The translations under genes and the position numbers were made by a program. Under the pieces are notes generated by a model that saw only the letters and a list, made by a program, of their open reading frames with translations, ran no database searches and was not told the origin of the DNA. Of a stretch of 64,000 nt of DNA, positions 28,585 to 42,785 are shown in pieces; positions within the stretch are counted from its first letter, which is position 1; every line of letters starts with the position of its first letter. Where the stretch lies: the NCBI GenBank assembly GCA_964016885.1, contig OZ024758.1, forward strand, positions 7,130,001 to 7,194,000, written 5' to 3'. The stretch comes from Eledone cirrhosa. Taxonomy: Eukaryota.

Positions 28585-31365
28585 TAATAGATTTCAAGAA
28601 GCCAAAACCACGCCTAGTCACATGTGTTGTTTGTGTTGATGTCGAATTTATGTTTTTCTTAAAGGAAGATTTCTCATTTTAGTCTCTTTTAATCGGTGGT
28701 GGTGTGGAGTGTTATTTTTGTAATTGTACTCTGTTTGGTCGTGTTGGTGTCGTTATTGTAGCTGTTAACACCTCTGTAGCTGCTGTTATTGCTGATACAG
28801 CACCTACTACTGCTGCTGTTGCTCTTGCTATTGCTATGTTACGATTGATGTCATAGATTTATTAATATAGATATATAGATCCTTAATACTGAAAAATAAC
28901 TTAAAACTCGAGTCTCTCCGCAATAGATATAAACGCTAGAGGAGAAACATTGTGTTCTACGAAGAAAGTTCTTTTAGATAAATTTTCTGCTATGCTGAAA
29001 ATCTACGAAATTATGCAGCCTTGAATTCACAAGAAACTATATAATTGGATTAGTTATCCAGCAAACAACAGATTTACTCTTCAGCTTTCTAGAAATTTAA
29101 TTCCCGTTCGAAGTTTCATAAAATACGCAGTAGGATATAAGATGTGATGCGCTTTCCTTTGTTCACTGAGAAATAGTATGTGATAAAAATAAGAAATAGG
29201 ATTAGGCTTACAGTTTTCCTTTAAACTGTTATACATTAATATACGACTGAACACAAAAGCCTGCATTTTAGGAAAATGGAAATTGGGAAGTAATGTTTAG
29301 TCCTTCCACAAGTATAACACCGTGAGATGAAATGAATATATATGAATTTGGGTATTTGCTTGCATGAAGTGTGATGGATGCAGGAGATTGGCGGAGGAAT
29401 GGCTACGCAGTTAAGGATTTCGCTTAGCAATCGTGAGGGTCAGGTTTCGATTCCACTGCATGGCATTTTGAGCAAACAACTTTTATCTTAGTCACGGGTC
29501 GGTCCAAACATTTGAGTGAAATAGGATAGATAGAAACTATGTGAAAGTCCATAGGATATGTTGCACATGTAATTCAAAGGTCATGCAGATTTTCTTTGAG
29601 AATTATGTTTAACCCTGGAGGTTTAACCCTGTGATGGATTGGCGTCCTGTCCAGGGAGGTGTCCTGTACTCTCGATCGCTTAATGCAAAAACCGAGAGAA
29701 GCACTGACTCGATGAACCTCCGGGCTCTGGACAAACTTTAGACTTTATGTAATCAGTACTTTTTGTTTTTGTTGTTGTTTTGTCCCAGGTAAACTCTGAG
29801 AAGATTTATGATCAAAGTTATTCCAAATAACATCATAGGATCTTTTTCGGACAATATGTGTCTAATACTAGATTATCGAATGTGACCCTATTTTTGATAA
29901 GACAGCGCAGCATGATTTGTGCAAGATTTTTGCCTGTTATTTCTAGCAGTTTGTGTCACCAGATAGAGGTACTCAAGTTGACTCGATTCAGCACAAACAC
30001 GCGGGCACACTCATGCACGGACACACACATGCAAGGGCACACTCACACACGGGTATACTCATGCACGGGCACACGCACGCAAGGGCACACTCACACACGG
30101 GCACACTCACGCACGGACACACTCACGCACGGGCACACTCACGCAAGGGCACACTCACGCACGGACACTCTCACACACGCAGTCATACACACATATTTGG
30201 TTGAATTTATATGGCGAGGAGGATATTGAAAATTAAGGAATTAAAGTAATATTCATGATTTATGGTTTTTTATTTGCTACTCTAAGCGTAATATTTATTT
30301 ATATAAGTATTTGAGAAACCATAGAAACATAATGACCGTTATTAAAAGAGAAGTATTTCATATATGTAAGAAAATCAAAAGGTTATATTGAAAATGAATT
30401 TAATCATCACCCAAACAAATAGAATCAAACTCACACAAATATTAGCTAGACATTTCTCATAAATGAAATGAAATAAAGTGAAATTCTGTTCACACTTCAT
30501 TTCCTTAATACCGAAAATACTTATGTAGCAGCTGTTGAATAAATAAATACTTTCAAAGTATTATCTGTAAGATTCTTAAAATCAATAGGAAACAAAACAG
30601 AAATTAACGCTGCCAGTAGAAAGTTTTAACCGTGGTAATAAATGATTTATAAAGTGTTCGATTAGTACACCCATGAACGTTAGAATGACAACAGCTACTT
30701 AAGAAAATAGTCCTACATTATTTATCTATTATAGGTGGTGAATTGGCAGAGTCGTTAGATCTTTCCGTCAACGTCGACAATACAGAAACCAAACTACACC
30801 CCATTTATAGGAGTAGGAATATTACAGCAACTATATTGAGCCAGAGTCGTTAGAACGTCAGACAGAATACTCAGTAGTATTCGTTTCGGGAATTTTGTTC
30901 TCTGAGTTCAAATCCTGCCCAGGTCAACTTTGATAATAAAAAAGTACCAGTCTAGTACTGGGATCGATTCTTGCTCTATATCTTCCTTTCTCTCACTCTC
31001 TCTGTCCCTCTCTGGAAGAAATCTGCTGTATTCAGACCCGGAGAGGATTGGGCTCCGCCATGTTTAAAAATTTCCTAGAAACGTTGTATGTCAGTATGGC
31101 GCCTGTACAACTCCCTCAGGAGTTACGGGACCATACATGCATGAATTGGTAGAATCGTTAGAACGTCGGATACAATGTTTCGCGGTATTCCTTTCGGTCG
31201 TCTGCTCTCTAAGTTCACATCCCACCGAGGTCAACTTTGCCTTTCATCCATTCTAGGTCAATTCTAGTCTAGTATTGGGGTCAATTTTTCATCAAACATC
31301 TCTCTGCTCTCTCTTTCCCTCCTCTCTCTCTCTCTCTCTTCCATTCTCTCACTCTCTCTATCCAT

Positions 31366-31492
31366 CTCTGGAAGAAATCTGCAGTATTCAGACCTGGAGA
31401 GGAGATGGGCTCCGCCATGTTTAAAAATACCCTAGAGACGCTGTATGCCAATATGGCGCCTGTAGGACTCAGTCAGGCGTTACGGGACCATA
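31366..31492 (+). repeat. Unclassified dispersed repeat TCTGGAAGAAATCTGC...GTTACGGGACCAT (also 2648-2773-, 10736-10870+, 31010-31135+, 51947-52080+, 57500-57580-, 59660-59785+)
   Basis: Recurrent sequence of about 125 bp, usually preceded by a TC-rich tract and often by a SINE-1 5' part. Confidence 0.75.
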
Positions 31493-33742
31493 CATACATG
31501 CATGAATTCATCTATTAGCAATAGATATATAAATAACTATGTTTTGCCGATATGTTTAGCGATTTATTTACTTTAAGTTACAAGAAATATATTCAATGTT
31601 AGCTCCTGTAATTGTCACAAAAATATTGTTAATCATCTATTATTGTTTCTATCATGTCCCACTGGATATTTAATTATATCTTAGCTTTATAATGTTTAAT
31701 ACACTAAATATGCCGCCATCTACATATGTATACAAATAATTGAAGTATATTTCTTGTAATCTGTTTACAGAAAATGAAAGGATTTATTTATGAAGCCGAA
31801 TTTATAGTTGAAGAATATACTATACTAGGGTAGGCAGAAAAGGTCATTGGATGATTATGAAGAAGTGATGCTAGAGCTGTGAAATCTTGCATGCATTAAT
31901 TTCAACTCTTCTTATTAACAACTGCATTGTTTCCTTGCAGGGACTATGTTGAAAAATAATCCCCATTTGGTCATTCTATGAGAGTATCTTGGTCAGCTTA
32001 TGAACTTTTCAGCTGACCATCGTACATGTGCATGTATGTATTTATACGAAGTGCTGCTGAAAAGTTCATAGGCTAACTATGAAGCAGTGATGCTAGAGCT
32101 GTGAAATCTTGCATGCATTTATTTTAACTCTTCTTATTAGTAACTGAATTGTTTCTTTCCAAGGACTATGCTTAAAAATAAACCTCATTTGGTCATTCCA
32201 TGAGAGTATCAGTCAGTCTATGAACTTTTCAGGGACTATGTTGAAAAATAAACCCCATTTGGTCATCCCATGAGAGTATCTTGATCAACCTATGAATTTT
32301 TCTGCCTCTGAATTTTTCAGCCAACCCTCGTACATTTTGACGAAGCAGTTTAAAAGTTTCACGTTTATTGATAGTTTTTCAATACATCAGCAAATAAATA
32401 TGAGAGTATTTATCTTATTATCACATCAGCAAGTTTTCGGGTGTAAGGGTTTATGAAAATGGACCCACTCCTCACGTTTAGGAAATTTTTAGTCTCCTAA
32501 ACTCTGTCAGTGGTCCAATTTCATAAACCAATGTTGGATTTAAAAGGAAGAAAATACATTAAAAGATTGACAGAACCTCATAGAATAAAGATATAATCTA
32601 AGACCATAAATGGAGATAAATACATCCAAATAAATATGTAGGTGTAAATCAAGATAAATAGTTGATAGCATCGGCCACAACATGGGAATCGAACCCACGA
32701 CATAATGACTGTGAGCTCAACACATTAACTACCAGATCATGCGCCTTCACTACCGAACTGAATAACATTTCAAAATAGGAAAAAAGTAGTGAACTAACGC
32801 TACAACACTCTCACAATAAAATAGCTGCCATAAAAAGTAAAGAAGGATGCTAAAATTCAAATTTTGGCAATTGATTCAAACATTTTTTGAAAAGAATATT
32901 CTATTTCAGATATTTTAATTCTTAAATTATTGATTTATAAGGCGGCAAATTAGCTAATTTGTTAGAGCGTCGGATTAATAGGCCTCGTAGTATTTGTTTT
33001 AGCTCTCTGAGCACTGACTTGAATTCCTGTTGAGGTCAACTTTGCCTTTCATCCATTTTAGATCGATAAATAAAATACTGGATTTTTGTACAATTTTGAA
33101 GCAAGAGAAATTGTATTTCGTGCCCGACATATGGAGAGACAGAATGTGATACAAGAGTTGCTACGAAGAGAAAAGAGTGGATATAATTGGTAAGAGGGCT
33201 TTGCAGCAAAGAGTTATGGCCCTTTATGGTCTGAGTTCAAATCCCGCCGAGGTTAATGCTTAGCAATATTTCTCCTGGCTCTTTACGTTTTGAGTTAAAA
33301 TTTCACTGAGGTTAATTTTGTTTTTCATCCTTCTTAAGTCGATAAAATAAAGTAGCAGTCAAGTTCTGGGGTCGATATATTCGACTTTTCCTTCCCACTA
33401 AATTGCTGGCCTTGTGCCAAAATTAGAAATCTTATTTCAAGTTTCGCAAATAATAATCTTCTTCTCCCCACCCAACATTGCCATGTAATACAAGATCTCA
33501 TAATTAATGTCTGATGCGTTAGTTTTACTAAATCAAAGAATGGAAAATTCTGAATTAGCATGTTTAATAACCCCTTGACAGTTGTCAATATTTTATACAC
33601 AAAGGTTAAATTATAGAAAAACCATAGTTAATTCTACAAAATATCGAATGACATACAAAATTTATTCACCATCAATCTTCGATTAAAAACTCATGATGGT
33701 GACGAAAATTTAAAAAAAATGTAATAGTGAATAAGTGTACAA

Positions 33743-34066
33743 ACGGTTCTTATGCTGGAGAAATTTTGGGTCCCCTGACACCACGATAACACGGTTCTTA
33801 TGTTGGAGGAATTTGAGGTCCACTGATACCACGATAACACGGTTCTTATGTTGGAAGAATTTTGGGTTCACTGATACTATGATAACATAGTTCTTATGTT
33901 GGAGGAATTTGAGGTCCACTGATACCATGATAACATAGTTCTTATGTTGGAGGAATTTGAGGTCCACTGATACCATGATAACATAGTTCTTATGTTGGAG
34001 GAATTTGAGGTCCACTGATACCATGATAACATAGTTCTTATGTTGGAGGGGGTTCACTGATACTAC
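33743..34066. repeat. 48-bp minisatellite, about 6.5 copies
   Basis: Unit ACGGTTCTTATGTTGGAGGAATTTGAGGTCCACTGATACCACGATAAC. Confidence 0.92.
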
Positions 34067-34268
34067 GAAAATATATTCAGGCATTCGAAGTTTTTTCCAG
34101 AAAAGGTTAGAAAGTGAGAGATAGGAAGTGAGAAAGAGATATAGAGGAAAAGTCAACCCCAGTACTTGACTGGTACTATTTTTACTGACCTCGTAAGGAT
34201 GAAAGGTAAAGTTAACCTTGGTGGGATTTGAACTCAGAGAGCAGAAAGCCGGAACGAATGCCATAAAG

Positions 34269-34730
34269 CATTCCATCTGACGTTCTAACGACTCTGCCAT
34301 TCCATCTGACGTTCTAACGACTCTGCCATTCTATCTGACGTTCTAACGACTCTGCCATTCTATCTGACGTTCTAATGACTCTGCCATTCTATCTGACGTT
34401 CTAACGACTCTGCCATTCCATCTGACGTTCTAACGACTCTGCCATTCCATCTGACGTTCTAACGACTCTGCCATTCTATCTGACGTTCTAACGACTCTGC
34501 CATTCTATCTGACGTTCTAACGACTCTGCTATTCCATCTGACGTTCTAACGACTCTGCCATTCTATCTAACGTTCTAACGACTCTGCCATTCCATCTGAC
34601 GTTCTAACGACTCTGCCATTCTATCTAACGTTCTAACGACTCTGCCATTCCATCTGACGTTCTAACGACTCTGCCATTCTATCTGACGTTCTAACGACTC
34701 TGCTATTCTATCTGACGTTCTAACGACTCT
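34269..34730. repeat. 29-bp minisatellite, about 16 copies, inside a SINE head
   Basis: Unit CATTCYATCTGACGTTCTAACGACTCTGC. Confidence 0.95.
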
Positions 34731-35353
34731 TCCAATGCGCCACCCATGAGACAATATATATGAGGTAATCACAAAGTTTATTGTTCAGTAGTAATTGTCT
34801 ATATATTTGGCACAGGTCCAGCGATTTGAAGGGAAACGGCAATGGAAAGTCAATTAAATCGACCCCAGTGTGTTACTGGTACTTTATTTTAGCGTCCCCG
34901 TGAGGATGAAAGGCAAAGCTAATCTCGGCGGTATTTGAACTCTGAATGTAAAGAACTAATCAAATAAGCATTTTTCCGACACTAACAACTTCGCCAACCC
35001 CCACCCATGCAGGGATAATAAATGTAGTAGTTCATTCCACCCAATAGCCACTCATCCGTCCGTCCGTCTGTCCGTCTGTCCCTCCATCCATCTATTAATG
35101 TGTAATGAAGGAGGTAGGAGCGCCGTCATGATATACGGTGTGTCTTCGTGTGGAATAAGAAAGAGGTAGTGAGTGAGAGAGAAACTGGGTGTGGGTTTGT
35201 GTGTGTGTGTGTGAGAGAGAGAGAGAAAGAGGGAGAGAGAGAAAGATATATATATATAGTAATGATAAATGTGAAGACTAAAATCCGAAGAGGGTTCGAT
35301 AAGGATTATATATATAAAATATATAAATATATAAACCCGTAGAGCAAATATAT

Positions 35354-35408
35354 AGAGTTTCAGAAGATCCCGTTAAAGGTGAAAGCAACGATTCTTTGCT
35401 TAAACTTT
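35354..35408 (+). ncRNA. Family B variant hammerhead (CAGAAGA core)
   Basis: AGAGTTT-CAGAAGA-TCCCGTTAAAGGT-GAAA-GCAA-CGATTCT-TTGC-TT-AAACTTT. 7-bp stem I; preceded by an inverted copy of the element tail (about 35259-35351). Confidence 0.7.
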
Positions 35409-35870
35409 AATCTGTTCTTATAATAAACACACACACACACACACACACACATATATGTGTGGGTTATTTTATAAAGGTCAGCTTTAGCAATGGCCAGATG
35501 GCCAGCTGCTGGTCAGTGAGGGGGTGGAAGCAATATACATACATATATCTCCCTGTGGTCGGTAGGAGAGGGAAGATTGATAGAAAGGGATTTAGTGCAC
35601 TTACACCTATATATACACACACCTATATATACACACATACCAAATTTTAACTCTTCTTATTATTAATTTTTCTTAATATTAATCAACATTTGAAAAGATG
35701 GCTTTTGCAGACCCATCGAAACCGGTCATTTTTTATACCCTTTATTTCCTTACCTTATAAAATTATATGTTTTTTCACAAAAAAGTATTCTGTCTCTTAT
35801 ATATTCCATGTGCCATTACCAACCTCAATTTTCTCTATAACCTTCGTTTTGTGTAGTAAATTACACTTTT

Positions 35871-35962
<92 letters not shown>

Positions 35963-37051
35963 AACCCACTCTTTGACTGGTATATTGTTTATTGACTGCC
36001 AAAATAATGAAAGGCTGACTTAACCTCGGCGAGATTTGAACTCAGAACTCAGAGAGCAAAAACAGAAACCGGAAATGATTCCATCTGACGTTACAACGAC
36101 TCTACCAATTCACTGCCTTCTACTAATATATTTTAGTCAATTCATTGAAATATCGCAATTTCCGCTAAAGGTTGACTTTATAACCTACACAAAAACACAA
36201 AACGAAACAACATTCTTACACTATCGTTATTGGTGTCATTAATGTCGATACTAATACTATAGTAGTTACAGTAACATGTAAAATACTTTGCAGTCACCTC
36301 AACGATATTAGTCCTTACTAATCATATAGCTTATTGAAGTGCTTCAATCATAAAACAGACAGTCTAGTTGGATCGTGTCCCCATGACAACGGATAATCAC
36401 ATATTGATCGATAAATAGTGGTCATTACCGCTTTTCATAAGTGTAACGAAACAGAATATTGTGTTTTGTTCTGAGTGATTGTAACAGATTACAGTTTTAT
36501 CGATTTCGTCCTAAGTTACCAAACAGCAACATAATTAAAATTGTCTTTAAAAGATCCTACAGATTCAAAATTTGCAACTACTATTTTGTATTTCTTAGAC
36601 ATCGATATCAGGGAATAATATATTTGAAGCACAAAAAACAAAATTGCTTGTCTTCTAATTGCAAACTAAGAAAAACCGTTATCTTTTCTGAGAACAATGA
36701 AAACGTGGAATAGTAAATTTGTCGTAATTTTATTCTTATGGTTGTTTGTTATAAACATAGCATTAGAGGGTCGGGCACCATGCTTTGACGCATAGAACGA
36801 CGGCCCTTGCCATTCTGAGTTCAAATCCCGCCGAGGTTAACTTTGCCTTTCAAGGGCGGTGAATTGGCAGTATCGGTAGAGGGTTGGACGCCATGCTTTC
36901 TAGCATAGTTACGTCCCTTTACGGTTTGAGTTCAAATCCCGCCGAGGTTAACTTTGTCTTTCATCCTTACGGGGTCGATAAAATAAAGTACCAGTAATGT
37001 ACTGGGTAATTGCTGGCCTTGTGCCTAAAGTAGAAACAATTATTATTATTA

Positions 37052-37383
37052 TTTTTACATTTATCTTGCTTCATGTTCATACGAGTTATCACCAAGTCAC
37101 AACCAGTGACTTCAAGAGACAGCAAGGTCTGCCATGTTCAGGAAAGAACACATACACACACACATACATGTATCCTTAGGTGTTTAGACTTGTGATGTAC
37201 TTATATTGACAGAATCTTCCTTAGTATATGGACAGTTCCCATTAGTACTATCTTTTGTATTTCTTCTATACGCGGGTTTCTTGGGATTTGGGATAAGTAA
37301 TCATTAGACCCCTTATGTATCATCCTTAGAGTGCATTCAACCACTGGTATTGTTTTACTTCTCAACTTCCATAGTTTTTCCAA
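37052..37383 (-). mobile_element. R4/Dong-clade non-LTR retrotransposon 3' end
   Basis: EKLWKLRSKTIPVVECTLRMIHKG...IPRNPRIEEIQKIVLMGTVHILRKILSI* matches the R4 RLE C-terminus; 3' UTR ends in (TAA)n. Confidence 0.8.
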
Positions 37384-38840
37384 TAATAATAATAATAATA
37401 TTTGAAAAATTGAGCAATTATAAATTATTTTTATTATTATTATCGCTATGATTGTGTTATATAGACATAAACTATATTATACTTTCACAATAACCACTTT
37501 AAGATATGAATAAATTTTAGGTTTCTATGAAATTATATTTGAAAAAGAAAAAAAAAAGAAAGAAAAGAAAAAGAAAAGAAAAAAGAAAAACATTTTTGCT
37601 TTTAAAAATATTTATGGAATCAATTTCGAAAATGTATCACTTAGCAGTAAATAATCCTACATACTTTTTATTATAAGTAATATATTTAATTGAATTGTAA
37701 TTATATATGCAAAGGCGTCCAACTGTACTTGCATATGAATAAATGCAATTATATTAAAACCGGAACTTTATTAAAATTATTAGGCTGGATTCTAGGAATT
37801 GTTGCACACATAAACTAAAAAGATTTGTTTTGTAATAACGTGTTTATCTTGGACCTCGTTCTTTCCTGAAGTTTAATTTAACAGCACAATGCTGGAATTT
37901 AAACAATTAGAATATTTTATAGGTATTCAAAGAAACATTTGAATGATTCTTGTTATTATCGTCCTTATTTTCAGGTAGAAAATTCTATGAAACGATTCAT
38001 GCATTGATTTACCGTTTTCCAGAGTAATACGATAGCTAGATTATATAGAAACATGAATTGGAAATACGATAGAATAAATCTTCTTAGGCAGAAAAAGTGC
38101 TCTAGACATAATATAATGACGATTCAACTCTCTACGTGATTGGTATGGCAAATACAAACACACTAAAATATATAGTCGACTAAGATTTTAGAATTTTACA
38201 TGGACATAACAGTATCAGCTTAGCAAGGACTTTATGACGAATTTAAAAAGTAATTAAATGCTAACTTCGATACACAAGATTTAGGAAAGTCTAAATGTTT
38301 AAACTTAAAAAAAAAAAGTTAAATTAAAAATGTTGACACAACCTAGTTTGAACACACTTTTAGAATGAATCAATTTATATCGTGAAGCGAAAAGAATTCT
38401 AAATCCAATTACACACACAAGATGGAGTAAATAATCAGAAGACTAAGAGTTATTGAATCTTGTCGATAAAAGCTATGCAACATGTCTATAACGAAGTTGA
38501 GAGCGAGCTTTGTCAATTAACAGAACAGCGGATGTTGACATCTCTAGCTTTGAAAACAATGAAACACAACATACAGTAGCTAAGTTCAATATAATTGTTT
38601 TAAAACAAGTTCGTGAAATGCCATCTACCAGGTGCTAACATCTATCCAATGAGAGTTAAGCAGAATACTCTTAAAATAATAGATTGAGAAAAGAATGAAG
38701 TCCAATGGTTAATTTAATAAAACCACTACAAAAAACGGATATCTAAGTTGACCAAATATTACTGACAACCATCTAAAACCACGGCGAGCACTCGATGTTT
38801 AGGTTCACTTCTGTGTCGAGGTGTAGCGCTAGTGTATTAT

Positions 38841-39226
<386 letters not shown>

Positions 39227-39974
39227 TTGCAGTAATTGCGAGTCAGTGCTTGCTTGTCGTTATTTGTGTAAAGAACTAAATAAAAAGAAATTGCAATATG
39301 TTAACCTATATCAGTTTTGAAAAAAGTATTTTCTATATATTCTCTACCTAGGTCACGCCGGGTATCTCGGTTGAAAATATTAGACAAATAAATATGTGTT
39401 TTTGTTTTGCTTTTTGATAAACAAACGGCAATTGTATTTGACACACTCTTTATTGTCCCATTTGGAAGAGAACAATACAAACCAGAGATGGCTTATCGAC
39501 ATCCAAATCCTCTGATGCGAATGATTGTCATTCGACTTTAACGTGGAGTCGTACAATAGCTAGCTTCCCCAACGTTCACCGAACCCGATCTCTTTGCAGT
39601 CAAATGATGCTCAGCTAATCCATTGTATTCAAGAAATATGTGATCAATTAGAAAAAAATAATCTAATCGCTTATTCAATCCGTTACAATCGAGTAATGTT
39701 CCGGAACGAACGCTTCGATTTCATAAAAAGCCGCAGCAGTTACTACATGAATAAATAAATACCCTGATGATTCTGAGGATACTGAATTCACAGGTGAATG
39801 GAATAATTTGACGAGAGCTGTTCATGGAGATTAACCGATGGTGGATCAAGAAGTCTGTTAAAAAGAAAGAAAATCGTTTTAACTCTATCAATTTAGAAAA
39901 TTGATCGTAGAAAAATCTACTATCATTTTTTAAACAGTTCTAAAGTCTATCTCGAGACCGAAAGATCATAATGT

Positions 39975-40190
39975 TGGTGCTTGCGTTAAGGGACTGAGAG
40001 TACAAGACTCCCCGCTGGACAGGACGCCAGTCCATCGCAGGGTTAAACCCCCAGTTATTGCTGGTACTCATTTTCAGCTGAGTATATTGGAGCAAGGTGA
40101 AATAAAGTGTTTTGCTCAACCCAGTCCAGAAATCAAACCCATGACATTACAACCATTAGTCCAACACATTTACCACTAGGACACGGGCAG
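39975..40190 (-). mobile_element. tRNA-derived SINE family 2 (others about 29390-29745+, 32672-32750-, 50870-51100+, 52470-52710+)
   Basis: tRNA-like head followed by TTGAGCAAGACACTTTATTTCAC-like segment; some copies carry a CCCTGCGATGGACTGGCGTCCTGTCCAG body. Confidence 0.7.
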
Positions 40191-41296
40191 CTACGTTTCT
40201 TTAAAGTTGTATTGTCGTAAACATGTATGGAACGATGTTTGAAACATACATTTTTATTGTCTTTGTTGAGAAAATAAATTGGAATAACTAAATGAATAAA
40301 ATATAATTAGCTGAACAAGAAATAATTATCTCTGACATTGGCACAAGGCCAGCAATTCAGAGAAGGGGAAAGTCGATTATATCTACCCCAGTATTTAACC
40401 GGTATGTTATTTTACAAAGTTGACTTCGAGGGGATTTGAAATTTGAACGTAGAACGTCGTAAATAAATACCACAAAACATTTTGTCTAAATGCTCTACCG
40501 ATTCTGCCAACCCATGGTTCTTGTTGAACAAATATTTACAACGGAAAATAGATAAAGTGAGAAACATAGGTGCAAGCTAGCTGATAAATGAGAAGGAAAT
40601 TTGAAGGAGTTGCCATAAAGTAAAGTCTATGGTTGTTATCATCTTAAATATGTTCAGCTATGTTTAACTTTCTGCTGTTATGGCAAATAAAAATTCTGCT
40701 ATATAATTTTCGTTTTCGCAGATTTTTACCTTACTCCCTGTTGGTTATATTTAAGAAGATCACATTTTGTAAGATGAGTAACCAATATCATCTTCGTTCG
40801 ATACTTTGAAGAGTGATGATAGCGCAGATATTTTGAAGAGTGACGAAAAGGGTGGAGTTTATTTCCTATTATCTACAAATATTGTTTTAACGATATGAAT
40901 TAGGAATGTCGGAAACAATAGAACGTCCGACTAAATCCATTCAAATATTTTATTATTTCTCGTTTCGGTGGGTGATAAAATCCCATTAGGGTCGTCCTTG
41001 CTTTTCAGGGTCGATAAAATAGGTACAAGTCAAATAATGGGTTAATTTAATCGAATATACTTTTCCAGCAAAATGTGCGGCTTCTCCCAATTTATTCATA
41101 TTTTTCTGTTTTATATCACAAATTTGTTATGTGGGTATGCTGACACCAGCAAACAAGAGAACGGTGTGATTAATAGGAAATCTAAACAAGGTTAATATCA
41201 GAACAAGATTTAGAAATAACAATAGTCGGTGCAGCAGTTTTATTTCATTGTACAAAAAGCAGCTGTATCATGAGATTAACTTGGGGACGGGGTTAA

Positions 41297-41352
41297 TAGC
41301 AGTAGCAGTAGCAGTAGTAGTAGTAGTAGAAGTAGTAGTAGTAGTAGTAGTG

Positions 41353-41451
<99 letters not shown>

Positions 41452-41489
41452 ACAGTAGTAGTAGTAGTAGTAGTAGCAGTAGCAGTAAC

Positions 41490-41539
<50 letters not shown>

Positions 41540-41860
41540 CAGTAGTGGAAGTAGTAGTAGCAGTAACAGTAGTAGTAGTATTAGTAGTGGAAGTAGTAGA
41601 AGTAGTAGTAGTAGTAGTAGTAGCAGCAGTAGTAGTAGTAGTAGTAGCAGCAACAGCAGCAGCAGCAGTAGTAGTAGTAGTACTAGTAGTAGTAGTACTA
41701 GCAAGACAATAGTAGTAGTAGCAGTAGTAGCAACAGCAACAGCAGTAGTAGTAGCAGCTGTAGCAGCAGCAGCAGCAAGAGTAGTAGTAGTAGTAGTAGT
41801 AGTAGTAATAGTAGCAGCAGCAGCAGCAGTAGTACTACTAGTAGTAGTAGTAGTAGCAGT
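41297..41860. repeat. (AGT)n/(AGC)n microsatellite
   Basis: Direct inspection. Confidence 0.97.
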
Positions 41861-42580
41861 AATTTCTGGCATGAAAATACCTATTTATATGTAACTTAGG
41901 TTTTATTTACCTATCAGACATTATGTATTGCTAGCAGTATCTAGAAAAATACACTTATATGTAATTAATAATCTGTGCTTGTGTATAAACGCGTGTGATT
42001 AGATGTATTCATAGTTATGTATATATTTCTGTGTAGCTGTTAATGTTAGACTGACCCCCTCCTATGTATAAATATGTGGCCGATGCTATCAACTATTTAT
42101 CTTGATTTACACCTACATATTTATTTGGATGTATTTATCTCCATTTATGGTCTTAGATTATATCTTTATTCTATGAGGTTCTGTCAATTTTTTAATGTAT
42201 TTTCTTCTTCCTTTTAAATCCAACATTAGTTTAAGAAATTGGACCACTGACAGAGTTTAGGAGACTAAAAGTTTCCTAAACGTGAGGAGTGGGTCCATTT
42301 TCATAAACCCTTACGCCCGAAAACTTGCTGATGTGATAATAAGATAAATACTCTCATATTTATTTACTGATGTGTTGAAAAACTATCAATAAACGTGAAA
42401 CTTTTGAACTGCTTCATCGAAATGTACGAGGGTCCGCTCAAAAGTTCAGAGGCTGACGAAGATACTCTCATGGAATGACCAAATGAGGTTTATTTTTCAA
42501 CATAGTCCCTGTATGTGTGTGTGTGTGTGTATATATATATACACTCACATTCATATATATATATATATATATATACACAT

Positions 42581-42615
<35 letters not shown>

Positions 42616-42742
42616 CATACACACACACACACATACATATACATATATATATATACATACACACACATATATACATACATACACACACACATACATATAT
42701 ATATGTATATATATATATATATAGTATATATACGTATATAAC

Positions 42743-42785
<43 letters not shown>

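Noticed and set aside
37970-38760. Long microsatellite-free stretch as an exon
   Set aside because: No ORF of 60 aa or more in the supplied track and no recognisable motif.
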